A DNA stretch of 64,000 nucleotides from Candidatus Eiseniibacteriota bacterium (lineage in GTDB: Bacteria; Eisenbacteria; RBG-16-71-46; CAIMUX01; VGJL01). The notes below the pieces were generated by a model. That model was not told the DNA's origin, ran no database searches, and worked only from the letters and a program-made list of their open reading frames with translations. The stretch lies in contig CAWBWI010000001.1 of the NCBI GenBank assembly GCA_963792585.1, positions 1,792,001 through 1,856,000 of the forward strand, in the 5' to 3' direction. Shown here one piece after another: positions 49,798-60,846 of this stretch (its first letter is position 1; every line of letters starts with the position of its first letter). Both the position numbers and the translations under genes were made by a program.

Positions 49798-51283
49798 CTA
49801 CTTCTTGTCCAGCTTCCCAACGAGGGACAGGGTGAAGAAGGCGCCCATGTACTTGAAATGCGGTCGAACGTTGAGTCCGACTCTGAACCAACCCGGATCT
49901 CCTTCGACATCTTCCACGGTCGACCTCGGCCTGACGAAGGGGTCGGCGTCCGCGGGTGGCAGCGCTGGCGTCGTCCATCTCAGCAACGTACTGGTTGATC
50001 CAGGCGTTCAGCTCCCGGCTGAGATCGCTCTTCTCTTTCCAGCTGCCGATGTTCTCGCGCTGGATGACTTTGAGGTAATGCGCAAGTCTGGAGATGATGA
50101 ACATGTAGGGAAGCTGCATACCCAGCTTGTAGTTCGCCTCCGCTTCCTTGCCTTCCTTGCTTTGGCCGAAGTACTTCGGCTTCTGGCAGGAGTTCGCGCT
50201 GAAGAACGCAGCGTTGTCCGACCCCTTGCGCATCGTCAGTCCGATGAACCCCTCTTCGGAGAGTTCGAGCTCCCGGCGCTCGGATATCAGCACCTCGGTC
50301 GGGATCTTCTGCTCCGTCACCCCCATCGTCTTGTAGACATGGACCGGGAGGTCTTCGACAGCGCCGCCGCTCTGGGGCCCGATGATGTTGGGACACCACC
50401 GGTATTTCGCGAAACTGTCGGTCAATCGGGTCGCGAAGGCGAAGACTGCATTCCCCCAGAGGTACTTGTCGTGGCCGTCGGTGACGGTTTCCTCGTATTG
50501 GAACTCCTTGATCGGAACCGTCTCCTCGCCATATGGCAGACGGAGCAAGAACCGCGGCATCACAAGACCCACGTAGCGGGCGTCTTCCGATTCGCGGAAC
50601 GACCTCCACTTCGCATACTGCGGGGCCTCGAAGATCGACTTCAGGTCTTTCAGGTTCGGAAGGGGCAGGTACGAGTCTTCGCCGAAGAACTTCGGTCCCG
50701 CCGCCGCCAGGAACGGAGCGTGAGCCATCGTCGCAACGGAACCGCTGTACTGGAGGAGCTTCATGTCCTGAGGATGCGCCGTGAACTCGTAGTTGGCGAT
50801 CATGGCGCCTACGGGCTCACCGCCGAATTGCCCATACTCCGCCGTGTAGACGTGCTTGTACAGGCCGGACTTCACGATCTCCGGAGAATCCTCGAAGTCG
50901 TTCAGCAGATCGTCCTTCGAGACATTCAGGATCTGCATCCTGATGTTCTCCCTGAAATCAGTCCGATCCACGAGCAGCTTCAAGCCCCGCCATGCCGATT
51001 CCATCTTCTGGACCGAAGCATGATGGAGGATCTCGTCGATCTGGAGGCTCATCTTCCGATCCAGCTCGGTGATCATCTCATTGACGATCGATTGATGAAC
51101 CTTGACCGAACCCTCGGCGCGGACCAGCTCCTTCATGAAGGCCTCGAGGCCCCGCTTCGCAATGGAGTAGCTTTCGTCGGAGGGTTTGTACTTTGTCGTT
51201 GAGATGATCTCGTCCAGAACGTTCGCCTCTGCCTCGGTCGTCTCTTTCGACGAGGGTTCCCGTTTATCTTCCGTTTCCGCCAT
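49798..51283 (-). CDS. tssC: T6SS sheath large subunit TssC (VipB); frameshift near 49920
   Basis: VLDEII N-terminal helix, ILHH..VQKMESAWRGL, EYGQFGGEP, RFLLRLPYG, YLWGNA, RLAHYLK; end RPHFKYMGAFFTLSLVGKLDKK in the shifted frame. Confidence 0.95.
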
Positions 51284-51318
51284 TTCCGTTCCTCCCGCGA
51301 CTCGCGCGGATTTCGAGC

Positions 51319-51828
51319 CTAAGCGCCTGAACCGGAGTCTCCGGACTCGTCGAGTCCGAGTTCCTTCATGATCCGCTCCCTCTGCGACTCGTCCTTCAGC
51401 AGTTCCTCGATCTTCCGCCGGAAGGCGGGAACGTTGGCGAGCGGTCCCTTCAGGGCGGTGAGCGCGTCCCGCAGTTCGAGCAACTTTGCCAGTTCGGGCA
51501 CCTGCCGAGCGACCGACTGCGGCTCGAAGTCCTTCAGGGTGTTGAGGGAGAGACTGACGGGGAGCTCGTCTCCCTCCTTGCCGGTGAGCTTGTTGGCGAC
51601 GTTCATGGTCACGCTGAGCTTGTGCTGCGCCATCACGTCGCTGAAGCTGTCCTTGTCAATGGAAACCGGCTTGCGTTCTTCCAGCGGCGTTGCGTCGGAC
51701 CGGCCGGTAAAGTCACCGAGGACCATCAACTTCAAGGGCAGTTCGATTTCCGCCTGCGCTGAGCCGGTGGCCGGCTTGTATACGATGTTGACCCGTTCCT
51801 TCGGGGCGACTGAAGCTTCCTTCGCCAT
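51319..51828 (-). CDS. tssB: T6SS sheath small subunit TssB (VipA)
   Basis: SVAPKERVNIVY, ELPLKLMVLGDF, DFEP..VARQVPEL.KLLELR.AL..LKGPL.N. Confidence 0.95.
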   Translation of the reverse strand: MAKEASVAPKERVNIVYKPATGSAQAEIELPLKLMVLGDFTGRSDATPLEERKPVSIDKDSFSDVMAQHKLSVTMNVANKLTGKEGDELPVSLSLNTLKDFEPQSVARQVPELAKLLELRDALTALKGPLANVPAFRRKIEELLKDESQRERIMKELGLDESGDSGSGA

Positions 51829-51952
51829 GGCAACCTCCTCCGAGGCAATTCGCCCTTAGTACCGCAACACGAAGATTCGAAAACTAATCAGGATGCCAGA
51901 AATCAACCTGCTTTGCCACAATAGAAAGGACTCGACCCCGCGACGGGGCCGC

Positions 51953-53567
51953 TCAGCCCTTCCCCTCAAGTGAAACTGCGGAACCAAGGTCCAGCCGGGA
52001 GATTCTCCCGAGGAGCTCCCGGGCACGCGCAAGGTCCGCCGCTGAGGCTGGATGTCCTGCGGACATAGCCTTCTGGTGGCATGAATAGAGGGCTTTCAGG
52101 ACTTCCAGGCAGAGATCGGGGGCCCAGTCTTCGCAACGGGAGGACTGGAGATCCCCATCCAGCATTACGAGTTGGGCAAGCGCCGTTTGCACAGCCCCCG
52201 CCTCCAAACAGAGCCGGGCCATTTCCAGGTTCCACATTGCTCTTCCCCTGATCGAGTAGGCCTTCGCGGCTCCATCCTCAAGCAGCCTCAGAGCTTCGGG
52301 GAGCTTCTTCTTCCTTGCGAGATTCCGAGCTTCCTCCCGCGTCCGGCTCAGCCGCGCACGCTCTTCAGCGGATTGGTCTCCGGACTCTGCCGATGCGGTC
52401 GGTCCTTCGGAACCCGTAGTGGTAGCTGGACCACCAGACCCATCGGGGGCCCCCACGCGGTCCCGGATCCAGGCACGGGTCCTCTCGTCAGCCAAGGGTT
52501 GTCCATTCTGGAAACGGAGCGATTCGAGGCCAGGAACTCGAGCCAGCAATTGGGCCAACTCCAGCACGACCGCTTGCGCCGCCGTGAGAAATGATTCACC
52601 CATTCCCTCCAAGGCAGTGACGGTGAAGCGGTGCAGATCCACCCAGAGCACGGCCGTTGGGAGCCGTGATTCGCTTTGTTCTAGTGCCGCCACCCATTGC
52701 CCTTCATCGAGGAGAGCTTGGATCTTCGCAGCAAGATCTTGCGGCAGGGGCGCCGGGATCTGGGTCTGACCGTTCTCGTTGGGAGGCGGCCCTACGAGGC
52801 TCAACCAGCAGGACATCCGGAGAAGCCGGTAAGGTAGCGGGTCAGCGGGGTCGTTCGTCCGCAGGAACTCGGATGTCCTTCGGGCCAGATCCTTGAGATC
52901 GCTGATCGCATGGACGGCTTCGTCCTTGCTCCGGACTTGCGCAGGGATACGCCCCTCAGCGGCCGCGGCCGGAACGACGGACGCCGGCTCGGATGGGCTC
53001 CCTTGCGCCGCCCGCCGCCCGGACTCCTCGAGCGCGCCCTGCAAATTCTTGAGCAACTGCGAGCCCGAGTCGAGCTTTGGTTCCAGGCTGGATGCGATCT
53101 CTGTGGCCAGCGTCTTGCAAAGCGCCAACCACTCGCCGTCGTCGGATCCTGGTGGTCGATTCTCGATCGCCTTCGAACCGCGCTCGACGAGCCACTCGAT
53201 GGCGGCCGTCCGGCCGCGCACTCGCTTCAAATTCGGGGTAGAGCGTCTCCCAGTACCGATCGATGAGCTCTTTCAATATGCTGAGACCCGTCACGAGTCC
53301 CGAATAGCCATCCCTTTGGAAGAGGCCAAGGCAGAGATAGCTGGCAGGGAGAAGATCCTTGGACTTCCTCCCAAGAAGCTCCGCGGCTGCGTCGATCACG
53401 ACTCCCCAATCGGGTTGCCGACCATCGGGCTCTTCCAACTTCCGAATCTCACCTTGTAGGACCTCGAACTGCGGCTCGTCGCGCCCCGGATCCCCAGCCG
53501 GCGCGTCCGGCCGAATGGGTTGGATCCCCATTTCGAGAATCTCGGCGGCTGTGAAGTTCTGGCTCAT
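51953..53567 (-). CDS. tssA: TssA (ImpA_N plus VasJ-like C-terminus); frameshift near 53228
   Basis: PI..DAPAG.....EPQFE.LQ.EI.KL, DW..V......LL..KSKDL, RYWE.LYP; then DPLPYRLLR, WVDLHR, LRFQNGQPLADE.T..WI. Confidence 0.9.
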
Positions 53568-53606
53568 CTTCGCGCTCCATTCCCCATTGAAGTCCCGTGC
53601 GCAGTC

Positions 53607-54593
53607 TTACGAATCCCGCCCTTCGGCCGGAGCAAGGATATGGAGGGCATCCACCAATGAAAGTGCCGGGTCGTTCAGCCGCGCGAACGGATCGTCGGCA
53701 TTCTGCGTCGTCCCCGCGCGCACATTCGCCCCTCCTTCCTCCACCGGGTAGAGGCGATCGCTATCGAATTCGGGGGTGAGCAGATGGAGAAACCCGAGTG
53801 AATCGGCCGGATCGAAGTATGCATCGAGGTTTCCATCGATGCCCTCGCGGGCAAGTGTCCAGAAGCAGTTCGGCGGCTGGCGGGTGGGCCCCAGCAATCT
53901 GCGGAGCAAACCTAGCCAGAAGGAGGCGGCGGCTCGTCCCTCGTGATCCGCCGCGGGAATCGGGAAGCGCAGGCCGGACAGCGGGCCCCCACCCTTGCGA
54001 TCCAATGAGGACGGAATCCAGGCGCGAACGTTCGAGGCCGCCCACGAAACCAATCTCGAGCGGTCTTTCCCTCCGCCGATGAGGCTCTGGACCGTCGTCG
54101 TTCCCAGCAGTTCCGACTGGGGATCGTGGACCGCAAGCGGCGGAATGTGGCCACGAAGTCCCTCGACACTTCGAGCCAACTCTCCAACGTCTTGCCATTC
54201 CCGCTTACCCACCTGCGCGGCCTCGAAGAGGAAGCGATCGAAGAGAAGGGGCCAATCCTCGAACGCGGATCTCGGGATGGCGCTACGCGCCTCGAGGAAG
54301 ACGCTGAAGGGAAATACCCGGCCGCTTCGATCCCTTCCCGGGAGGATCACCCCGATGAGAGGCGCGTGTGGGTCACTCCACCAGAGGATGAAGTACGTTT
54401 CGGGGAGTTGGCGAAGCAGAAGTTCCGAGCGGGGACCATGTCTCTGCCTTGCGAGGCTGACACCATCCTGGAGCCACCGCTCCAATGCGAGCGCATCACG
54501 GTTATGCGAATGGAGCCCTATGAAATCCGCAGCGACGGGGAGTTTGCCGAAGCAACCCGGCTCGAATGCCGCCGCGTTCATGGATCCCCGCAT
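53607..54593 (-). CDS. tagF: T6SS-associated regulator TagF
   Basis: FGKLPVAADF, LERWLQDG, GVILPGRDRSGRVFPF; start codon uncertain (54581-54620). Confidence 0.85.
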   Translation of the reverse strand: MRGSMNAAAFEPGCFGKLPVAADFIGLHSHNRDALALERWLQDGVSLARQRHGPRSELLLRQLPETYFILWWSDPHAPLIGVILPGRDRSGRVFPFSVFLEARSAIPRSAFEDWPLLFDRFLFEAAQVGKREWQDVGELARSVEGLRGHIPPLAVHDPQSELLGTTTVQSLIGGGKDRSRLVSWAASNVRAWIPSSLDRKGGGPLSGLRFPIPAADHEGRAAASFWLGLLRRLLGPTRQPPNCFWTLAREGIDGNLDAYFDPADSLGFLHLLTPEFDSDRLYPVEEGGANVRAGTTQNADDPFARLNDPALSLVDALHILAPAEGRDS

Positions 54594-54603
54594 GGCACGC
54601 GAC

Positions 54604-57600
54604 TCATTCCTGCTGGACAATTGACTCTGGACAACTGAATCGCAGCAGCCCCTTCTCGAGTGGATGAACCGCGGGGAGCCCGGTGATTCGGTAGGTGACC
54701 GGGAGCCCTCCCTTGTCCGTTTCTACGTTCCAGGTGACGGTCACGTCTCCGCCGGAACTCGTGATCTTCGCTAGATCGAGAAGACGGAAGAACCCCCATT
54801 CCCCCTCCCCGGCAACCGGGGTCGCCGAGGCGGATGACCGGAGGTTGACGCTCAGACTCGCCCCCGCCGCCGGATTCTCGCCAGGCCAGGAAAGGCGGGA
54901 GGGCAGGGGTGGGCCTGATTTCTGTGTGATCGATTCGCCGCCGACGCTCAGGCTGGTCGCGAACCAAGAGACTCCCGGTGGCCGTGGGGTCGGTGTCGTC
55001 GTCGTCAAGGTGAGGGAGAAGCCCGCCCCGCTTCCGGACGGGAAGAACGCCTTGCGGATCCGGTATGCAGCCTTCAGGCTGGCCCGCAGGCCCGGGTTGA
55101 ACGTAACCTCGCTGCCAGGCATTTCGGTGCCGTCCTCTGCGAGTGACCCGCTGAGCGTCTTGGCATAGAATTTCCAGAACGTGCCATCGGGCCCGAAGAA
55201 TGCCTCGAAATCACTCAAAGCCACCGCGTCGGTGGCCTTTGCATTGAATGGGTACTTACTCGCGAGGTTCTGGTGGTACTCGCGGTAGACGGAACTCCAC
55301 TCCGACTGGACTCCCTTCGTGGCCACGTCGACCTTCTTGTGGATGAACTTCTTCGTGATCGCCTGACTGGGCAGCGTCAACAGCCTTTCCATTTCGGAAC
55401 CGACCGGATCCGTGGACAAATGGGTCGCGACCCAGCTCTCGAGGTCTCCAACTTCCTGCGCCTCGCTCGGGTCGTCCTCCTTCGCGATGTCGGCGTAGGC
55501 TTCCTTCAAGGCACCCATGCGTTGCAGGTACTCGTCAACGGCGGGCTTCTGTGGATCGATCTTCCCCTTGAGCCGCTGGTATAGGTTTCCTTTGCCGGGA
55601 GGATGAAAGAACTCGTGAACGACCTGGAACTCATCAAGGATCGGAGAAAGCTCGGATTCGGTCTTCTCGGCAAACCGCGTGCTCTCATCGACCCCCCGGA
55701 GGAGCTTCAGGATGGGTGAGTTCTCCGAGGCGGCACGCTCGACGAAATCTCGAATCTCCTTGTCACTCATGTCCGAGTCGACGCTCGTCACGCTCAGGAA
55801 CTGCAACCACCGCTCGCTGAACTCGCCTACGTACCGCGTGAGAAGACGATCACGCAGCGGCGGAGGATCCCCGTCCCACGCGTCCTTGAGCGCCCAGTCG
55901 CCAGCGGCCCCGGACGCCCAATCGAGGTACTCTCGCACCGAACTCTTCCATCCCTGTTCCGTGTAGGCGCCGGAGACCGTCGCTTCGTTCGATAGGCCGA
56001 AGCCCTCCCCCACGAACGTAGAGAGGGTGATTGCCGGGACGCTCGACGCCGCGGTGACAAGTCCGGGATAGAGCCCCTCCTCCGACCAGTTCATCCGCAA
56101 CTTGCCCTTGGCGATCTCATCTGTCCCGCGATCGACACGCTGCGGGGGAAAAAGCTCCGAAAGGACGTCGGGAAACCTGCTCGCGTACTCGAGCTGGCTT
56201 TGAAGGAGCGCCCTGTACTCGGCGGGATCTCCCGTGCCCCCGACGGATGTCCAGTAATCGGTCAGGGCGGCAGCCGCCAGCTGCGCATCTTCGAGATTCC
56301 GAAGCCGCGCGGCGGGATCCAGCAGCATTCGCCAGGTTCGGTACCAGAAGTAGAACCTGCGGTAGTCGACCGCTTGTCCGATGCTCTCATTTCGCAGCTT
56401 CTGTGCAAGGTACGGAAGGGCAGGGAGCATCTCCCCATCGTGGAGCGTGGTGAAATGAGCGCGCCGCGCTTCTGCCGCGGCGGCCTCCCCCTGATAGGTG
56501 CCCAGGAATACGGCTTTCATCGCCGGCCGGTGCCGCCCATCCATCGTTTCGAGCCTGTCCCGGAGCCGATCGAGGAGGCGGAGATCCTCAACCTGCAGGA
56601 CATCTCCTCCTGCATGTAGCGAGGCGATTGCGCGGTTACAGAGCGAACGCGTCTCGATGACGAGAGATCGATTGATCGCGTAGAGAGTCCCGAGGAGAAC
56701 AAGTAGGAGAGCGAGCACGACGCTGCCCGCGATGAAGGACCGGACCCGCAGCGCGCGGCGACGCCTCTCTCCCTCCGCCGAGGGGCCGGCAATATTGCGG
56801 TCGGGGAATGCGACCTTCGAAAAGACGTCCTCGATGAAGTAGCTCTTTGTTTGCGACGGCTCTACGATCATCCCCCCCGCCGCCCCCTCGATCCCGAATC
56901 CCCTCAGCATCGCATTCAGGACCTGATCGATCGGCCGCCCTTCCTGCGTCCCGCTCGTGAAATAGAAACCGCGGAAGATCGGGACCTCATGGTAGGGATT
57001 CGGCCGGAATAGGATCTCCAGAAACCTCGACAGGCGAGCCCGCATCGCCTGGAACTGAAGGGGGAAGAACAGGACCTCCGGCCGGCAGTCTGCGTCCGTC
57101 ACCTGCGCCAATCGGGAGACCTTCGCCTGGCTCACGGCTTCGGTCAGGCGATCCATCTCCTCTTCGAAGATCAAGTCGGGCGCCTGCCTGGTCGTTCGAT
57201 CTCTGGCGATGGTCGCGCCCCATGCTTGAGCCCTTTCCGTCTTCGAAAGGGATCCGAAGAACTCCACAAAGCCTCGTATCAAGTCGCACTTCGTGAAGAG
57301 GACGTATACAGGGAAGGTGATTCCCAACTGCTTGATCAACTCGTCGACCCGGCTACGGATCTTCAGCGCGTGGTTCTCGAGTTCCTCATCGGTGCCGCCG
57401 ATCAGATCTTGAACGGAAACGCCGACCATCAAGCCATTGATAGGCTTCCGGCCCCGGTTCTTCCGGAGCAGGTCCAGGAATGCGAGCCACTCCTGCGTGT
57501 CGTCCGCCTCGACCGGCATCACATACCGCCCCGCGGTATCCAAGATCACCGCTTCGTCTGCGAACCACCAATCGCAGTTCCGCGTTCCCCCAACTCCTTT

Positions 57601-58077
57601 GACGGATGAACGGCTTCGGTTCGGATCGAGATATGGATAATTGAGGCCCGAGTTTTGGAGAAGGGTGGTCTTTCCCGCCGCCGGAGGTCCGATGATCATG
57701 TACCAGGGAAGAACGTAGAGAGAGCTCGCCCCTTTCTTACCCTTCCCGACGCGGGAGGCCTTCAAGGCAGCGATCGCCTCGAGGAGCTGGTCCCGAATCT
57801 GCTCGATGTCCTTCTCTCTGCCGGGCCGGCTGCTGGAGATCTGTTTTTGAGCCTGAGCCTCGATCGACTTCTCCAGCGCCTCGCCCTTGCGGGCAGCGGT
57901 AAGCCGGATGATCCAGAGCACCAGGAGCCAAATGATCAGAATCGCGAGGACTATCGCGATCATCATGATCCGCGGCCAGTGGAGTCGGTAGCCTACCCAC
58001 AGGGTGAGAAACGCCAGTCCCCCCGCGCTCATAGTCACGAGCGGGACCGGGCTCAGCAGCTTCAACAATCCCTTCAT
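54604..58077 (-). CDS. tssM: T6SS membrane subunit TssM (IcmF)
   Basis: N-terminal TMs; LYVLPWYMIIGPPAAGKTT, GTRNCDWWF, DTAGRY, FPVYVLFTKCDL, RGFYFTSGTQEG, DF..FFGP.G. Confidence 0.95.
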   Translation of the reverse strand: MKGLLKLLSPVPLVTMSAGGLAFLTLWVGYRLHWPRIMMIAIVLAILIIWLLVLWIIRLTAARKGEALEKSIEAQAQKQISSSRPGREKDIEQIRDQLLEAIAALKASRVGKGKKGASSLYVLPWYMIIGPPAAGKTTLLQNSGLNYPYLDPNRSRSSVKGVGGTRNCDWWFADEAVILDTAGRYVMPVEADDTQEWLAFLDLLRKNRGRKPINGLMVGVSVQDLIGGTDEELENHALKIRSRVDELIKQLGITFPVYVLFTKCDLIRGFVEFFGSLSKTERAQAWGATIARDRTTRQAPDLIFEEEMDRLTEAVSQAKVSRLAQVTDADCRPEVLFFPLQFQAMRARLSRFLEILFRPNPYHEVPIFRGFYFTSGTQEGRPIDQVLNAMLRGFGIEGAAGGMIVEPSQTKSYFIEDVFSKVAFPDRNIAGPSAEGERRRRALRVRSFIAGSVVLALLLVLLGTLYAINRSLVIETRSLCNRAIASLHAGGDVLQVEDLRLLDRLRDRLETMDGRHRPAMKAVFLGTYQGEAAAAEARRAHFTTLHDGEMLPALPYLAQKLRNESIGQAVDYRRFYFWYRTWRMLLDPAARLRNLEDAQLAAAALTDYWTSVGGTGDPAEYRALLQSQLEYASRFPDVLSELFPPQRVDRGTDEIAKGKLRMNWSEEGLYPGLVTAASSVPAITLSTFVGEGFGLSNEATVSGAYTEQGWKSSVREYLDWASGAAGDWALKDAWDGDPPPLRDRLLTRYVGEFSERWLQFLSVTSVDSDMSDKEIRDFVERAASENSPILKLLRGVDESTRFAEKTESELSPILDEFQVVHEFFHPPGKGNLYQRLKGKIDPQKPAVDEYLQRMGALKEAYADIAKEDDPSEAQEVGDLESWVATHLSTDPVGSEMERLLTLPSQAITKKFIHKKVDVATKGVQSEWSSVYREYHQNLASKYPFNAKATDAVALSDFEAFFGPDGTFWKFYAKTLSGSLAEDGTEMPGSEVTFNPGLRASLKAAYRIRKAFFPSGSGAGFSLTLTTTTPTPRPPGVSWFATSLSVGGESITQKSGPPLPSRLSWPGENPAAGASLSVNLRSSASATPVAGEGEWGFFRLLDLAKITSSGGDVTVTWNVETDKGGLPVTYRITGLPAVHPLEKGLLRFSCPESIVQQE

Positions 58078-58089
58078 GGAGAGCTCGGC

Positions 58090-58884
58090 CTACCGGGCCG
58101 CGGTTCGAGCGAGACCCTCTTGAATGGTCCGCGCGGCTTCACGGGAATCCAGGCCGGCGATGGCCCCGAAGATGAGCAACATGATCAGGACGACGCCAAC
58201 CACACCCATCGCGGTCACCCAAACCGGCACGCCTTCGCCAACGGCTTCCGGGAAGTCGTCCGGACGCCGCCAGTCTGGAGACAGATTCTCCATTTTCCAC
58301 TCCGAACCGTGCATGAGATCGGAGGCCAACGCCTTGATCAATGCCTCGAGCTTGTCGCGGCCGAGGAGTTTGAACCGCCCCTCGAATCCCATGATGAGGC
58401 ACGCGTAGAAGACCTCGAGAACGGGTCGACTCTCCTCGCGGTTCTGTCGGAGCAGATCCAGATCGGTGTAGAACTTCTCGCCGGCTACGTTCAGTTTGAA
58501 CAGCTCCTTCTGCAGGGGATTGGCGATCCAGCTCGTCCTCCCCTGCCATCGGGAACTCAGGATCCCCTCGTCGATCAGAGCGACCAGGGCGAAACGTGCC
58601 CCATCGACGTGCGTACTCGAGTATCCCGCCTTCCGGGCATCACCCTCGATCCGTTCCAGAAGCTGGAGGATCTTCCGGCGCAGTTCGGTCGGATCACCCA
58701 GCTCGTCCGTTGTGCGGAGGCTGTAGGCCAGGGAGAGGAGATCGGTACACAGTTCAACGAGACTCGCGGACCGACCGGGCCTGCCGAGGGCGGATCCACC
58801 AGGCGCCGGGGAAGCGCCGCCTGCGGGCATGGATCGCTCACGGTCCTTGCTCTTGCCAAGCTTGATCCCGAGGAACGCACTCAT
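58090..58884 (-). CDS. tssL: T6SS TssL (DotU) without an OmpA-like extension
   Basis: FALVALIDE, W...PLQ..LF....AGEKFY, LEVFY.CL..GFEGR; C-terminal TM. Confidence 0.93.
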   Translation of the reverse strand: MSAFLGIKLGKSKDRERSMPAGGASPAPGGSALGRPGRSASLVELCTDLLSLAYSLRTTDELGDPTELRRKILQLLERIEGDARKAGYSSTHVDGARFALVALIDEGILSSRWQGRTSWIANPLQKELFKLNVAGEKFYTDLDLLRQNREESRPVLEVFYACLIMGFEGRFKLLGRDKLEALIKALASDLMHGSEWKMENLSPDWRRPDDFPEAVGEGVPVWVTAMGVVGVVLIMLLIFGAIAGLDSREAARTIQEGLARTAAR

Positions 58885-60233
58885 TCTCGCACCGCAACCA
58901 GCTCGAGGAGGATTCCCGGATACTCCGGAGGTGCATAGATGGCGACGTTTCTGGACCCCGCGATTCCGTCCCAGATCTCACCGACCTTCTCCACCTGGAA
59001 GTAGACATACCCCGCCTGTATGGGGACCGCGGGCGGAAGAGTCTGCGCGAGGCGAAGTCCGATCCCCTTCAGGGCATGAGCAACGAGGAAGTCCAGCTTG
59101 TCGGGTGAGGCCATCTTCGCGATCTCGGGAAATGCCGCCTGCAGATCGGACGCCGGCACGTTCGCATAGACGCCGAGGTACCAGATCATCGCGGGATCCA
59201 GGAGGCGATCGTCCTGGATCTTCCCGATGTGGACGACCTCGTCGCGCCGCGTCAGGGTGATCCTCGTGTAATGGCGAGGGAGCACCGTCTCCAGAAGGCG
59301 CGGGATCCTCGTAGCAAGGTCGGCGAACGCGGCTTCGATCCGGTCATGCTCGTACGGAGGAATGTCGCGGACCTGAAGTTCGCTCAGCGTCGTCAACTCC
59401 CCCGCCAGGCGCGCGAGGGTCAGGTAGGCCTCCTCGGGGTGGGCATTCGCGGCCCGAAGGTGGTGGGAAAGGAGGGGGATGTTGCCATTCACGACCCCCA
59501 GAAGCCAGAAACCCGCGGTGTCGTCCCGACCGAATTCCGCGACACCCTTGCCGCTCATCCGCCGGCGATCCGCCAGCTCGGTCGACTTGGCGACCAGAAT
59601 CTCCAGAAGACGCCGGAGGACGCGGAGGATCGCCGAGGAGGCGGCGATTCCGATACATGGCGGGATGTAGTCGGCTCGGTATGCATACCCGCCCTCGGGC
59701 TTCCGGACGATCTCCGCGACGGGGATCGCCTCATAGTCCCCCAGACTCTCGTCCTTGAAGAGGATTCGCAGGTTGTGCCGCGCGACCCTGACTTCCCTCT
59801 CTCCCTCTCCCGTGATCTCGTTCGCGACCTTGATCGAGGTCTCGCGATATCGCGCCTCCGTGGTGCCGTCCGCCGACGGAGGCGCCAGCTGCGCCTGCCC
59901 GGGTCGGTGGATCCTGAGCCCCAGGTAGACGGGGATCGCGCTCTCGTTCAGGGGAAAGTGACCGTCGACCGATCGACCGACCGGCACCTCATCACGATCG
60001 GGGATCGAGAACGGACATCCGGCGGACAGAACGCCGGCTGCGTTGTGGATCAGAACCTGGCCGTTGTGGATGGCGTCCTCGTCCAGTTCCAACCGGAGGA
60101 GCCCGTAACTGAACGGTCTTGCTGCACGAAACAGATCGACACCTCGGTCCTCGTGGTATCGATCACTTTGCTGCAGATGCTCGGGGCTCAAGAGAAGCCC
60201 CTCGCTCCAGACGACACGCGTTCGTTTGCTCAT
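58881..60233 (-). CDS. tssK: T6SS baseplate TssK
   Basis: VVWSEGLLLSPEHLQQSDRY, YIPPC, HPEEAY..L.RLAGEL, Y.HD. Confidence 0.93.
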   Translation of the reverse strand: MSKRTRVVWSEGLLLSPEHLQQSDRYHEDRGVDLFRAARPFSYGLLRLELDEDAIHNGQVLIHNAAGVLSAGCPFSIPDRDEVPVGRSVDGHFPLNESAIPVYLGLRIHRPGQAQLAPPSADGTTEARYRETSIKVANEITGEGEREVRVARHNLRILFKDESLGDYEAIPVAEIVRKPEGGYAYRADYIPPCIGIAASSAILRVLRRLLEILVAKSTELADRRRMSGKGVAEFGRDDTAGFWLLGVVNGNIPLLSHHLRAANAHPEEAYLTLARLAGELTTLSELQVRDIPPYEHDRIEAAFADLATRIPRLLETVLPRHYTRITLTRRDEVVHIGKIQDDRLLDPAMIWYLGVYANVPASDLQAAFPEIAKMASPDKLDFLVAHALKGIGLRLAQTLPPAVPIQAGYVYFQVEKVGEIWDGIAGSRNVAIYAPPEYPGILLELVAVRE

Positions 60234-60248
60234 TCGCCTTTCCCCGAG

Positions 60249-60773
60249 TTAGCGTCCCTCCGCACGGGCCTCTTGAATGCAAGACTCATCGAAGGTCAGC
60301 TTCACCGTGTCCGTCAACTCCTCGGTGCGACGAATCCACCGCCAGCAGGTTCCTTCCGGCTTGCAATAGCTCGCGGTGACGGCCAGGAATCTCGCGTTCG
60401 ACATTCTCTCGACCGGCACCGTGACCACGGCGTCCGGGTCGAGAACGACTTCCTGCAGCTCAATCAGCTCGTCCCCGAGCTCATCCTTCTCATGGTCCCA
60501 GACTTGCGTGAGCCCAAGACCCGTCAGGGCACCGTCGCTCGTAAGCTGGAGGATTCGGACGCTCAAGGCATTGCCCGCCTCCTCGCCGCACGAGTTGAGG
60601 CGAGCAATTCCGGTGAAGACCAGGCGCATCTTCTTCCCACCGCTGTCCGCGGGTGGGTTGCCTCCTCCACGTCCGAATAGACCGCACCCGGACGACAGCG
60701 TGAGTACAGCAAACGCAATGAGCCCCCAGCGAATCCGGCTCCATGCGGCCATTCGGTCTACAAGTCGAGACAT
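60249..60773 (-). CDS. tssJ: T6SS lipoprotein TssJ
   Basis: Lipobox SSGC; LNS......LSVRILQL, ARFLAVTASY, WR; immediately upstream of tssK. Confidence 0.85.
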   Translation of the reverse strand: MSRLVDRMAAWSRIRWGLIAFAVLTLSSGCGLFGRGGGNPPADSGGKKMRLVFTGIARLNSCGEEAGNALSVRILQLTSDGALTGLGLTQVWDHEKDELGDELIELQEVVLDPDAVVTVPVERMSNARFLAVTASYCKPEGTCWRWIRRTEELTDTVKLTFDESCIQEARAEGR

Positions 60774-60846
60774 TTCCAGCCCTCTCCAGCTTGATCGGCG
60801 ATACCGATCCGACGGCACGAGCGACGCCGACTTCTTGTACAATTAT

